A DNA stretch of 64,000 nucleotides from an uncultured Chlamydiae bacterium (lineage in GTDB: Bacteria; Chlamydiota; Chlamydiia; Chlamydiales; SM23-39), in the NCBI GenBank assembly GCA_963730605.1, contig CAVSSM010000002.1:64001-128000 (forward strand), given 5' to 3'. Of the stretch, positions 1-9,343 are shown piece by piece. The first letter of the stretch is position 1. Each line of letters starts with the position of its first letter. A program made the translations under genes and the position numbers. The notes beneath the pieces are model-generated. The model was not told where the DNA came from. It did no database searches and worked only from the letters and a program-made list of their open reading frames with translations.

Positions 1-42
1 TCCCGATGCCGCCAAGCCCAATGAAATGATACATATTTTCCG

Positions 43-1125
43 TCATAAAATAATCCTCCGAATGATGTCGGCCAAGTGGGTTCGTTGCTCATCTTCCGCG
101 TTCGCTTTTCGCAAACGCATTTTTCTCTCTTCCAACTCCTCGATCAGAGTAGATAGTTCATGAGCGATCCTTTCCGCATCGGCCTCTTTTTGATCGATCA
201 GCCGAGCTCCTCCTAAGGCATCCCTCAAGTACTCCCCATTTTTCCTTTGGTGATTTTCGGCTGCGTGAGGATAAGGGATCAAAAGAGCCGGAAGCTCGAA
301 TTGGATCAGCTCGGCGATCGTTCCTGCTCCGCTGCGACAAAGGGCCGCATCGGCTGCGGCATATGCATGCGCCATCTCCTTTTCAAACGGCTTTACGCAT
401 GCAATAATTCCAAGCTTTTCATAGGCCAACCTGACACTTTCCGCCTCGGCTGGGCCGGCCAAGTGCAGCGCCTGGCATGTTTTCCCCAAAGACGATGCAT
501 CTTCGGGGGCCCCTCTGGGGGCCCTGTTTTGCTCGAGCCTTGCAATCGCCTTCGGTGCCGTCTCATTGAGAAACGCGGCTCCTTGAGAGCCTCCAAAAAC
601 CAAAATCACTTTTTTTTCGGGATCGAGCCCATAGAGCTTTTTGGCCTCTTTAGGCGCCAGCCGCTTTAATGCGCTCTTCCAGGGAAGCCAAGAGACAAGG
701 GTTCCTCCGTTATTTGGAAATTGAAAGGCGACCTCAGTAGCGAGCGGCCGGAAGAGGCGAATGACTTTGCCGATCTTACAATTCGCTTCGAAGAGGACGA
801 GCTTTTTTCGGAAAAATGCGGCGGCAAGAAGGACAGGGAATGTATGATAGCTGCCGAAACCGATGACCGCGTCCGGCATGAAATGGCGCATCAGTTGGCA
901 GGCCTGCCAAAACCCAATGCAGGTCCTTGAGAAAAATCCTTTTTTCAAAGGATGGGCGGTAATCTCAGCGAAAGGAATCTTTTCTTTTTCGAAGAAGGGG
1001 CTCGTCCCAAGCTTATGTCCGGCAAAGAGGATTTCGGCGTCGCCCTTCAACTGTTCTCTGAGCTGCTGGGCAGGAAACAAATGTCCGCCCGTCCCTCCTG
1101 CTGCGATCAACACTTTTTTTTTCAC
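43..1125 (-). CDS. murG: MurG glycosyltransferase (GTG start inside the longer ORF 43..1995)
   Basis: IAAGGTGGHLFPA, FGGSQGA, RSGAGT and HQRKN motifs; overlaps ftsW stop; short extra peptide RAPRGAPEDASSLG from a hairpin repeat. Confidence 0.95.
   Translation of the reverse strand: MKKKVLIAAGGTGGHLFPAQQLREQLKGDAEILFAGHKLGTSPFFEKEKIPFAEITAHPLKKGFFSRTCIGFWQACQLMRHFMPDAVIGFGSYHTFPVLLAAAFFRKKLVLFEANCKIGKVIRLFRPLATEVAFQFPNNGGTLVSWLPWKSALKRLAPKEAKKLYGLDPEKKVILVFGGSQGAAFLNETAPKAIARLEQNRAPRGAPEDASSLGKTCQALHLAGPAEAESVRLAYEKLGIIACVKPFEKEMAHAYAAADAALCRSGAGTIAELIQFELPALLIPYPHAAENHQRKNGEYLRDALGGARLIDQKEADAERIAHELSTLIEELEERKMRLRKANAEDEQRTHLADIIRRIIL
480..513 (-). repeat. 34-bp coding mini-hairpin repeat, copy in murG
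   Basis: Reverse complement ggggcccccgaagatgcatcgtctttggggaaaa matches 16871-16904 at 31/34 positions. Confidence 0.85.
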
Positions 1126-2219
1126 GTTTTTTCCAATATCTTTGGTTTGCGCGCGATATCTAGCAAGATGAAAAGAGCGGCGATGTTGACGATGAGTGAT
1201 GTGCCGCCTGCCGAAAAGAACGGAAGCGTCATCCCTTTGCTGGGAAGAAGGCCGGACACGACGCCTAAATTCAAAAATGCTTGGATTGAAATCAGAAATG
1301 TGAGGACGCTTGCGAGGAGAAACCCTCCTGGATCGCGCGCCCGGATCGCGACCAAGAATCCGGCAAAGGAAAAGATCATATAAAGCCCGATGATGCCCAA
1401 AATCCCCACAAAACCGGTTTCTTCCGCGTAGATGGCTGCGATATAATCGTTGCGAGCCTCGGGCAAGTAATTGAGCTTTTGGAGGCTCTCGCCAATGCCT
1501 CTGCCAAAAAGACCTCCCGAGCCGGCGGCGATTTTCGCTTGATGGGGCTGATGCCCTTTCCCTTTCAAATCGAGTTCGGGATGAAGATAGATTTGGATCC
1601 GGCCTTTGACATGAGGCATATGGTAAGCTGCAGCTCCCCCGGCCATCGTGAGCAAGGAAAGCGGCAAGGCCCAATAGATCCATTTCACCCGAGTGAGCCA
1701 AAACAAGACCGGCAGAGTGGAGAGAATGATCGCGGCCGTCCCATTGTCCGGTTGAAGAAGGATGAGGACGAGAGGGAAAACCAAGAGCCCAACGATTTTC
1801 AAGAAGGGGATCAGCAGGATCTCCTTTTGCTGGCAAACCCAGTGGATATAAACGGCCGGTGCCAAGATTTTGATGCATTCGGAGGGCTGGAACGTAAATC
1901 CCCAAAGCCCGATCCAACGCCTCGCCCCATTTACGGTTTGCCCGATCCCAGGAATGAAGAGCAGGATGAGCAGCGCGGTGCCCAGGATAAAACACAAGGC
2001 GCTGTACTGCAGCAACGACTCATAACCCCACCGAACCATCGCAGCTCCTATGAGAATTCCGACAATCCCGTAAAGCGATTGCTTCAAAAGGATTGCATGG
2101 GTATTGATATCAAGCGACCGGTCGATAATCTGAGCCGATGTGGTATTGAAAATCATGAGAAGGCCAAAGGAAAAGAGGATCGCGACGGGCAATGTTAAAA
2201 AAAGGGAAGATTTTGTCAC
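1122..2219 (-). CDS. ftsW: SEDS family peptidoglycan polymerase FtsW
   Basis: NGARRWI, FQPSE, QPDNGT, LPEARNDYI, KGMTLPFFSAGGTS; dcw cluster position. Confidence 0.95.
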   Translation of the reverse strand: MTKSSLFLTLPVAILFSFGLLMIFNTTSAQIIDRSLDINTHAILLKQSLYGIVGILIGAAMVRWGYESLLQYSALCFILGTALLILLFIPGIGQTVNGARRWIGLWGFTFQPSECIKILAPAVYIHWVCQQKEILLIPFLKIVGLLVFPLVLILLQPDNGTAAIILSTLPVLFWLTRVKWIYWALPLSLLTMAGGAAAYHMPHVKGRIQIYLHPELDLKGKGHQPHQAKIAAGSGGLFGRGIGESLQKLNYLPEARNDYIAAIYAEETGFVGILGIIGLYMIFSFAGFLVAIRARDPGGFLLASVLTFLISIQAFLNLGVVSGLLPSKGMTLPFFSAGGTSLIVNIAALFILLDIARKPKILEKT

Positions 2220-2923
2220 TTGATTCTCAGCCGATCTCCCGGTTTCAGCTTGCGGGCCGTCTTTTCATTGAGCCCATTCAATTTGAGAAGCTCATCTACT
2301 TTCATATGATGCTTCATTGCGACCGACCAGGGATTATCTCCTACTTTCATCGTGTAATATTCGGCCGTCTCTAGGCCTAAGGAAATAGCGCTTTTCGGTT
2401 TGGAAATTTCGATCCTTTTCCCCGCCGGAATTTTCAGCCGCTGGCCTATCTTAAGAAAGCTTGTGGGAAGTTGGTTCAATTGGATAATTTCATCCACGCT
2501 CGTCCGGTATTGCTTGGCGAGCTTCTCGAGGCTATCTCCCTTTTGCACTTCAATCTCTGATGCCGTAAGAGGCGTTTGCTTCGCTGGATTTGCAAGAGGG
2601 GCCGGCGCTGGAGGGGGAGCCGAAACGAGAGAAGAAGCCGACGCCGTCTCTACAGGAGGAGAAGATAGTGATGCCGGCGGCAAGGAAAAGGCTACAGGCT
2701 GGCTTGGAGTTGTTGCGAGCGAGTTATCAAGAGCAAGAGGAGCTGGCGGAATCTCCACGGTTTCTTGAAAAAGAGGTTTGGGATCGTTGCGAGAGGCCGC
2801 TTCCTGCCCCATCTCGCTTTCCTGAACAGGAACTTCCCGCATCGTCATCGCGGCGATGAAAAGCACTGTCAAAATGCCCGCGTTGATCATCACGGCTGCC
2901 ACTATGGTCTTTTTCCGATCCAT
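2216..2923 (-). CDS. LysM domain protein (chlamydial NlpD-like), N-terminal TM, two LysM repeats
   Basis: VQKGDSLEKLAK...LKIGQRLKIP and MKVGDNPWSVA...LKPGDRLRI; lies between murD and ftsW. Confidence 0.9.
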   Translation of the reverse strand: MDRKKTIVAAVMINAGILTVLFIAAMTMREVPVQESEMGQEAASRNDPKPLFQETVEIPPAPLALDNSLATTPSQPVAFSLPPASLSSPPVETASASSLVSAPPPAPAPLANPAKQTPLTASEIEVQKGDSLEKLAKQYRTSVDEIIQLNQLPTSFLKIGQRLKIPAGKRIEISKPKSAISLGLETAEYYTMKVGDNPWSVAMKHHMKVDELLKLNGLNEKTARKLKPGDRLRIK

Positions 2924-4189
2924 CTATCCCCCTCTTACAATCTTCTTGAACCTCTCGCCGCGCTCTTCGAAATTCGCAAACTGGTCGTAGCTCGAGCAAC
3001 CGGGAGAAAAAAGAACCGTATCTCCCCGCACTGCAGTGAGTCTCACGGCCGCCACAGCTTCTTCCAGAGTGGAAACTCGCAAAAGTTGGAAGTCTTTCCC
3101 AAGCTCCCGTTTCATCTTTTCCGCCGCCTCGCCGAAGACCACGATCCTCCTCACCTTTCCCTGAAAATATTTGATCCAGGGTGCGTAGGTAGATCCTTTG
3201 TCGACTCCTCCCGCGATCAAAATAACCGGCCCCGGAAAAAGGGCCATCCCGTGGATGACCGCCTCGACATTCGACGCTTTGCTGTCGTTATAATAAGCAA
3301 TGCCGTCAATTTCAGCCACCCATTCGATGCGATGGGGCGACTTCCGAAATGTTTTCAATGCCGAATCGATGAACTTTTCCGGCACCTTGCAAAAATAACA
3401 TAGAGCTCGGGCAGCCGCGCTATTGATCTTTTCGGGCGCTCCCCGCCTCACTCCATCCGTTCCGCCGCCAACGTCCAATCCGGCATCGAAAATAACATCG
3501 ATATTTCGTGCACCGTAATCCTTTTGGACTTGGCGCGATAGAAAGAGTTTTCCGCCCGGCTTCAGGCAGCGGCCGATTCGTAATTTGGCCTCTGCGTACT
3601 CTTCCATCGAAGCATGGCGGTTCAGATGGTTCGGCGTGATATTCAAAATCGCAGCCGCATCGAACCAAGGTTTTATGGAGAGCGTTTCCAATTGGAATGA
3701 GCTCAATTCGACAACTAAGATTTCATCCTTGTCCGGAGAAAGGGCGTAGCCACTCAAAGCGGCGCCGACATTGCCGACAGCCGCCGCCTTGATGCCAAAC
3801 GCATTTAAAATGTGCGCAGTCAAAAGGACCGTCGTCGTCTTCCCATTCGTGCCCGTCACTCCCAGGACACACCGATTCGGCAAATAGTGGAGCGCAAGCT
3901 CGATCTCTCCCAAAAGTTCGATTCCAGAGATTTTCGCTTTTTGGATAAGAGTATGGGAGGGGACAATCCCAGGAGAGATGACAACGAGTGAAAAGGGGGA
4001 AAGAGAAATTTCAGCCGCGTCGCTGATAACTCGCACGCCCCGCTGAATGAGTTCCTGGGAGTGAGGATCATTTTTTAGAGCATCGAAGCGGCGGTCTGCG
4101 GCAGTGACCGAAAACCCTTTGGAGAGCAATAGTTCCGCTGATGCTTTCCCGCTTACTCCTAAGCCGATGATCAAAGCAACGTTCCTCAT
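2924..4189 (-). CDS. murD: UDP-MurNAc-L-Ala:D-Glu ligase
   Basis: IGLGVSG, GVTGTNGKTTT, ELSSFQLE, NDSKASN, SPGCSSYDQF. Confidence 0.95.
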   Translation of the reverse strand: MRNVALIIGLGVSGKASAELLLSKGFSVTAADRRFDALKNDPHSQELIQRGVRVISDAAEISLSPFSLVVISPGIVPSHTLIQKAKISGIELLGEIELALHYLPNRCVLGVTGTNGKTTTVLLTAHILNAFGIKAAAVGNVGAALSGYALSPDKDEILVVELSSFQLETLSIKPWFDAAAILNITPNHLNRHASMEEYAEAKLRIGRCLKPGGKLFLSRQVQKDYGARNIDVIFDAGLDVGGGTDGVRRGAPEKINSAAARALCYFCKVPEKFIDSALKTFRKSPHRIEWVAEIDGIAYYNDSKASNVEAVIHGMALFPGPVILIAGGVDKGSTYAPWIKYFQGKVRRIVVFGEAAEKMKRELGKDFQLLRVSTLEEAVAAVRLTAVRGDTVLFSPGCSSYDQFANFEERGERFKKIVRGG

Positions 4190-4410
4190 GACGAGGAGTA
4201 TAGACACACGAGTTTGTTAAGCACAATGGCCTCCGTGTTTTTGTCTATATTTTAGAGCCTCAGCGCCGGCCCCTCTTTTTGAACTATTCGGAACTTCCGA
4301 ATAGTTGCCGTTCAACTTTATATTGAATGTTTGAACATGATCATTTTTTAATTTAATTTGATTTAAAAATTTACAAGATTTAAAATCGTTGTTTTTACTA
4401 TGAGGAAAAC

Positions 4411-5025
4411 ATGAGAAAGATCATCATTACTACCCTGATGGCAGCGAGCGCAGCTTTTGCAGAGCCATCGATTGACCAGGCAGAGGTAGCTCCGACAGAC
4501 ATTGCTCCGGTCTTCGTGAATGCAGCGCTGCCCTCGGCATTGTCATCCAACCCTTCTGTCCCAGAGACCGCTGTTTCCAAACAAGGATTTTTCTATGTTC
4601 GATTTGCGGCAGCTGAAAGCGATTTTATCCATGCAAGCCCTGTCGTTCCTGGCCTGGGGATTGGCTATCGGCGGCTGGCGGGCAATGGAGCTGCCGACAT
4701 TTCCATAAGTGGGCTTGGCAGGGCTGAGCGCAAGAGCGGGAATGTTTATTGGGCTGTGCCAAAGGCGTCTTATTTCCGTTATCTCAACCCTGAAGCGAAG
4801 GGAAGCCTTTATCTAGGCGGAGGGGTTGCGTGGGGAGGAATCGAATCCAAAAATCAGAAGTTTATTGGAATTGTTCCGAGCGCAACGGCCGGGTACGAAT
4901 TCGCTCGCAAGAGTACAGTCCTGGGGTTTTCAGAGCTTAATATTAGCCAGCCGGCCCTCTCTGTCTATCGCAAGGGATCGTTTCCAGGTCCTATTGCGGA
5001 AGCCATAGTGGGTATTGGATTCTAA
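4411..5025 (+). CDS. Exported protein, probable small outer-membrane beta-barrel
   Basis: Signal peptide MRKIIITTLMAASAAFA; Gly/aromatic alternating strands; C-terminal Phe (IVGIGF); RBS gagg. Confidence 0.6.
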   Translation: MRKIIITTLMAASAAFAEPSIDQAEVAPTDIAPVFVNAALPSALSSNPSVPETAVSKQGFFYVRFAAAESDFIHASPVVPGLGIGYRRLAGNGAADISISGLGRAERKSGNVYWAVPKASYFRYLNPEAKGSLYLGGGVAWGGIESKNQKFIGIVPSATAGYEFARKSTVLGFSELNISQPALSVYRKGSFPGPIAEAIVGIGF

Positions 5026-5112
5026 AAGGAGCCAACTGGGATGTCGCCAAATCTGGAAGGTCGGCAAGTTTGCCTACAGCCAATTAGCCGAGCTTTCTAA
5101 AATGGGCTTCAT

Positions 5113-5139
5113 CTCGACTTTGTACAAAGTCGAGGTCTA
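5113..5139. mobile_element. Collapsed MITE (fused terminal repeats of the 44960 family)
   Basis: Perfect 22-bp palindrome ctcgactttgtacaaagtcgag equals the two ends of 44960-45124 joined. Confidence 0.8.
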
Positions 5140-6441
5140 TCGTACCAAGGAAAAATCGCGGAGCAGTTGGGCAAATAATCGCGGAACCTTTGCCATCACA
5201 TCGGGTGGTTCCACGTAGGCGATCCGGAGCTGCGTTTTGCCCAGTTCGGGGAGAGAGTAAAAACCCGCCATCGGCGCTAACAAGAGAGTCGTTTTGACCC
5301 CATTGATTGACACCTGCCCTTTTTGCGCGCAGTACATAACAAAATCATTCGCATCGAAATCGACGCCGAAAATATTCCGCAGATCGACCACCGAATACAG
5401 AGCGGCATCCGGATTCGATACGATCAATTCCGGCACTTCCTTCTTCAGGCCCGCCGTCACCGCATGCGACATCTGCCAATAATAGTCCCGCTGCTGTTGA
5501 AACCAGGCTAGGAGCTGCTCTTTGCTCTCAAGGAGAAGGGCGCCGAAAATGTATTGACCGATCGCATTGGCGCACAAGTTGGCCGTATTTTCAGCCACAG
5601 CCCGCTGATGAAATTCGAGATTGTCCGTCACCAGGGCGCCTATCCTCAGGCCGCAGGCGTTCCAAACTTTCGAGGCCGATTCGATGCTGATCCGCCTCCC
5701 TGTAATCCCGGGAGCCTCTTTTTCCGTAACGCCCCAGATGCTGCTTGTCCGCCCGGGCGTAAAAAATACTTCCCGGTAGGCCTCGTCGCTGACCACCCAG
5801 AGATTGTGTTTTACGCAGAGCCTGCCTAATTCGTTGAGCGTCTCTTGCGGAAAAAACTGTCCTGTAGGATTATCGTATGGAATTACTAGCAGCGCGCCCG
5901 GCTTCGCCTCTCGAATGACTTTTTCGATCGCCGCTAGTTTAGGCAAGGTGAATTTCCCATTTTCTTCCAAGAAGCGCTCTATGACAACGATTGAGCGCCC
6001 GGTCCGTTCTGCTATGGAGAAATAGTTGGGATAGGTCGGATCGAAGACCAATAACGGCCGCTCTTTAGACCCGGCCGGCCCGCAAAGTCCGACAATCGCC
6101 AATTCCATCGCATGGCTTCCCCCGTCAGTCATCTGGCTGTATAAGCCCTGCGTAGAAAAACCGCTGCACTGGATCAAATGCAAAACCGCTAAATTGGTCT
6201 CTACTTGTCCGACCGATGATGAATATTTCACGACACCATGCCGAAAAGGGCTTTCAGGATCATCCAGGGCAAACATGCGTTTGGCCATGGCTGGATGCAT
6301 AGGCAAAGAAACATTCCCGATCGCCACATTCACGGCAACCGCGCGATCGGTCCGTTTCAAGAACTCGATTTGCGTCAAACGGATCGGCGAAGGAACCCGC
6401 GTCTGAAAATATGGCGATAGCAAGGGTTTCATCATTTCCAT
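5137..6441 (-). CDS. PLP-dependent class I/II aminotransferase
   Basis: DPTYPNY, DNPTG, SDEAY, SASKVWNACGLRIG; start uncertain. Confidence 0.9.
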   Translation of the reverse strand: MEMMKPLLSPYFQTRVPSPIRLTQIEFLKRTDRAVAVNVAIGNVSLPMHPAMAKRMFALDDPESPFRHGVVKYSSSVGQVETNLAVLHLIQCSGFSTQGLYSQMTDGGSHAMELAIVGLCGPAGSKERPLLVFDPTYPNYFSIAERTGRSIVVIERFLEENGKFTLPKLAAIEKVIREAKPGALLVIPYDNPTGQFFPQETLNELGRLCVKHNLWVVSDEAYREVFFTPGRTSSIWGVTEKEAPGITGRRISIESASKVWNACGLRIGALVTDNLEFHQRAVAENTANLCANAIGQYIFGALLLESKEQLLAWFQQQRDYYWQMSHAVTAGLKKEVPELIVSNPDAALYSVVDLRNIFGVDFDANDFVMYCAQKGQVSINGVKTTLLLAPMAGFYSLPELGKTQLRIAYVEPPDVMAKVPRLFAQLLRDFSLVR

Positions 6442-6587
6442 TGAGTCACGAGACACCTTTAGAGGGTAGCACCTTCTTACCACGCTATCACAGTACTGGG
6501 CCAAAATTCAATGAAAAAACTGGCGTAATCTATTTTGTTTTTCAAGATCCAGAGCAATAGCAAGCCTACTTGTCCGCGCTCCTTTTC

Positions 6588-7823
6588 TCACTGGAACTTG
6601 AGGGAAGCCACCGCAATGATGGCAAAAAGAAGGCCGACGATCCAGAAGCGGATCACTACTTTTGTCTCTGGCCATCCTTTATACTCAAAATGGTGGTGGA
6701 GCGGCGCAATGAGAAAAATCCGCTTTTTATTTCGATAGCGGTAGCTGAGCACCTGCAGGATCACCGACAGCGCTTCCGCCACGAAGATGGCCCCTGCGAT
6801 CCCTAAGATGACCTCGCGCCTAAGCAAAACGGCCGAAACCCCGAGAATCCCGCCGAGCGCCAAAGAGCCAGTATCTCCCATGAATACTTGCGCTGGATAG
6901 CCGTTATACCATAAAAAGCCAAGGGCTGCTCCTGCAAGCGCGAAAAGATAAACCGCGATCTCCCCGCTCCCTTCGATGTATAAGATATTCAAATAGCGCG
7001 CGAGGTCAATATGGTTCGAGAGAAAGGCAAAGAGGGCAAGGACCAGCGATACCATCACGAGACAGCCAGCCGCAAGCCCATCGAGCCCATCCGTTAGGTT
7101 GACGGCATTCGACGCCCCCGTGATCACAAAGACGATGATGAAAAACGAAAAAATTTTTAACCAGCCATCGAAAATCCAGACGGGATCTTTCCAAAAAGGG
7201 AGATAGAACTGTTCGATATACTCGCTGGTATCCAGCGTCACCGTGAGGGCTTGAGATTTTTTTTGGGATATTTGGGGCGATGCGGCGATTTGCTCTTTGG
7301 CAGAAGGGGGACGGAAAAATTTCTGGCCCGCGATACCTTGCGTGAATCCGGGACAGAGGAGATAGAGCGCAATGAGAGCGGAAAAGAGCGTTTGGAAAAG
7401 GAACTTCTTTCTTGCCTTCAGCCCTTTGGTGTTTTTATAACAAAGTTTCAGGTAATCATCCCTCGCCCCGAGCGCTCCCAAGCAAAGAGTCGTCAAAAAA
7501 AGGATTAGCGTGAAAGCGCTTTTCAAATCCATCCATAAGATCAAAGAAAGGCCCATCGAAGAGAGGATCAAAATCCCTCCCATCGTAGGAGTGTCTTTCT
7601 TTTTCCCGTGGAGTTCGGCGAGCAGGGGGCACTCCTCAAGGCCGCGGATCGATTGTCCTATTTTGAGTTCATAAAGTTTCTTGATGAACCTAGGGCCCAA
7701 AAGGATCGTAAATAAAAGGGACGTTACGGCAGCCAGAATCATCCGCGTCGAAAAATAGATGAACGCGGCGGGGAGTTTGAGGTGGAAAGCATCGCGGAGC
7801 CACTCGGAAAATAACAGCAGCAT
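6588..7823 (-). CDS. mraY: Phospho-N-acetylmuramoyl-pentapeptide transferase
   Basis: KDTPTMGG, NAVNLTDGLDGL, FMGDTGS, APLHHHFE. Confidence 0.97.
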   Translation of the reverse strand: MLLLFSEWLRDAFHLKLPAAFIYFSTRMILAAVTSLLFTILLGPRFIKKLYELKIGQSIRGLEECPLLAELHGKKKDTPTMGGILILSSMGLSLILWMDLKSAFTLILFLTTLCLGALGARDDYLKLCYKNTKGLKARKKFLFQTLFSALIALYLLCPGFTQGIAGQKFFRPPSAKEQIAASPQISQKKSQALTVTLDTSEYIEQFYLPFWKDPVWIFDGWLKIFSFFIIVFVITGASNAVNLTDGLDGLAAGCLVMVSLVLALFAFLSNHIDLARYLNILYIEGSGEIAVYLFALAGAALGFLWYNGYPAQVFMGDTGSLALGGILGVSAVLLRREVILGIAGAIFVAEALSVILQVLSYRYRNKKRIFLIAPLHHHFEYKGWPETKVVIRFWIVGLLFAIIAVASLKFQ

Positions 7824-7837
7824 ACTGTTCCTATGGA

Positions 7838-9172
7838 TTAAAGATGCTGGAAAATGGTTTCCATGTTCATACACCGGGAACCTTTGACCAAAACGATATC
7901 GCCTGGGCTCATCAACTCTTGCAACCTTCCGGCAAGGCCCCTTAGGTCCGTAAAGAATTCAGCCGGTTTTTTTCCCTCTTGGAAACTCTCGAAAAGAGGA
8001 AGAGCCTCAACTCCTAGCACCAGGACCAAGTCGAAATATTCGCGCGCAAGCCGCCCGATCTCTCTATGGGCGCTTTCAGAAAACTTCCCGAGCGGCGACA
8101 TCGTTCCCAAGACCCCGATCCTTTTAGCCCCGTCAAGCGGGGCTTGTAGGCTCATGAATGCGGCCTTCATCGATTCGGGGTTCGCATTGTAAGCGTCGTT
8201 GATGAAAGAGACGCCCTCTTTTTCAAAGCGCTGCAGCCGCATGTCGGGCACCTTTAAGAGTGGAAGGCGCGCATTGATCTCATCCCACTCCAACTTCATC
8301 TGCCTCGCTGCGCTGACAGCAGCCAAGAAATTGTGAAGAAGATGGGACTCGCTAAATGGCAGATCGAACTGGAAAGCCCGCACTCCCCTTTCATCAAGGA
8401 CGTACCGCTTTTCCAAGGGAGAAAGAAAATAATCGGCACTCCTGTCGTCGAGAGAAAATACGACCTTCTCTCCGGGTAGCTCTCTAAAACAAGGATATTC
8501 GGAAAGTTTTTGGTAAAAGACGGCGGAGCGGAGCTTTGGACTCGAATAGATCTCCGCTTTCCCTGCGGCGATCTCATCGAGACCCCCTGGAAAAAAGGCA
8601 GCGTGGGCTAGGGCCACCTTCGTTACCACAGCTACCTCAGGTTCAGCGATTTGGAGAAGCCTCTTGATATCTCCCGGCTCGCTCATTCCCATCTCGAGGA
8701 CAAAAACCTCTTCGCCCCCTTCCCGGTTTAAGATCGAAAGAGGAAGAGTCAGTTTGGTGTTGTAGTTTCCCGGCGTTTTTCCCACCTTGTACTTTGCTTT
8801 TAGGATTTCGGCGGTAAACTCCTTCGTCGTCGTTTTCCCTACCGACCCGGTGATCCCGACGACGCGGGCTCGGCTCTCCTCCAGATCTTTTCGGGCAAGG
8901 AGAGCAAGAGACGCAAGCACGTCAGCGACTCGGAGAAGAGGGAGTCCGAAATCGGGCCCAAGATAGCTTTCCTCTACGACCGCGCCTATTGCCCCTCTCG
9001 CCTTAGCGTCTCCTAGGAAAAGGTGGCCGTCGGTTTTTTCCCCCTTCAAAGCAAAAAATAGCTCCCCGGGAGCAATTTTGCGACTATCTACCTGGTAACC
9101 AGCGATTTGGGCATTTTCTTCGCTTTCAAACCTTAAGTCCCTGGCAATCTGAGATAAGGGTACATTCCGCAT
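7838..9172 (-). CDS. murF: UDP-MurNAc-tripeptide:D-Ala-D-Ala ligase
   Basis: DSRKI, GITGSVGKTTTKE, LEMGMS, INDAYNANPES, LVKGSR. Confidence 0.95.
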   Translation of the reverse strand: MRNVPLSQIARDLRFESEENAQIAGYQVDSRKIAPGELFFALKGEKTDGHLFLGDAKARGAIGAVVEESYLGPDFGLPLLRVADVLASLALLARKDLEESRARVVGITGSVGKTTTKEFTAEILKAKYKVGKTPGNYNTKLTLPLSILNREGGEEVFVLEMGMSEPGDIKRLLQIAEPEVAVVTKVALAHAAFFPGGLDEIAAGKAEIYSSPKLRSAVFYQKLSEYPCFRELPGEKVVFSLDDRSADYFLSPLEKRYVLDERGVRAFQFDLPFSESHLLHNFLAAVSAARQMKLEWDEINARLPLLKVPDMRLQRFEKEGVSFINDAYNANPESMKAAFMSLQAPLDGAKRIGVLGTMSPLGKFSESAHREIGRLAREYFDLVLVLGVEALPLFESFQEGKKPAEFFTDLRGLAGRLQELMSPGDIVLVKGSRCMNMETIFQHL

Positions 9173-9343
9173 AGCTTCCCCATTTTTATCCCAAGGTATA
9201 GCTATTTTTCCAAATCTTGGCAAAGGAGAGAGCCTAACTGACTTATTGATAGAGATTTACAAAACAACATAAATAAACTAGAAATAAAACAATAAATTGA
9301 TAATTAAAAATAAATATGTTATAATTACTTAAAAGGAATTATT

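Noticed and set aside
1126..1995. 290-aa N-terminal extension of MurG
   Set aside because: It is an alternate frame overlapping ftsW; the true start is GTG at 1125.
7200..7350. Long loop in MraY as another MITE insert
   Set aside because: No inverted repeat or duplication found; probably a lineage-specific loop.
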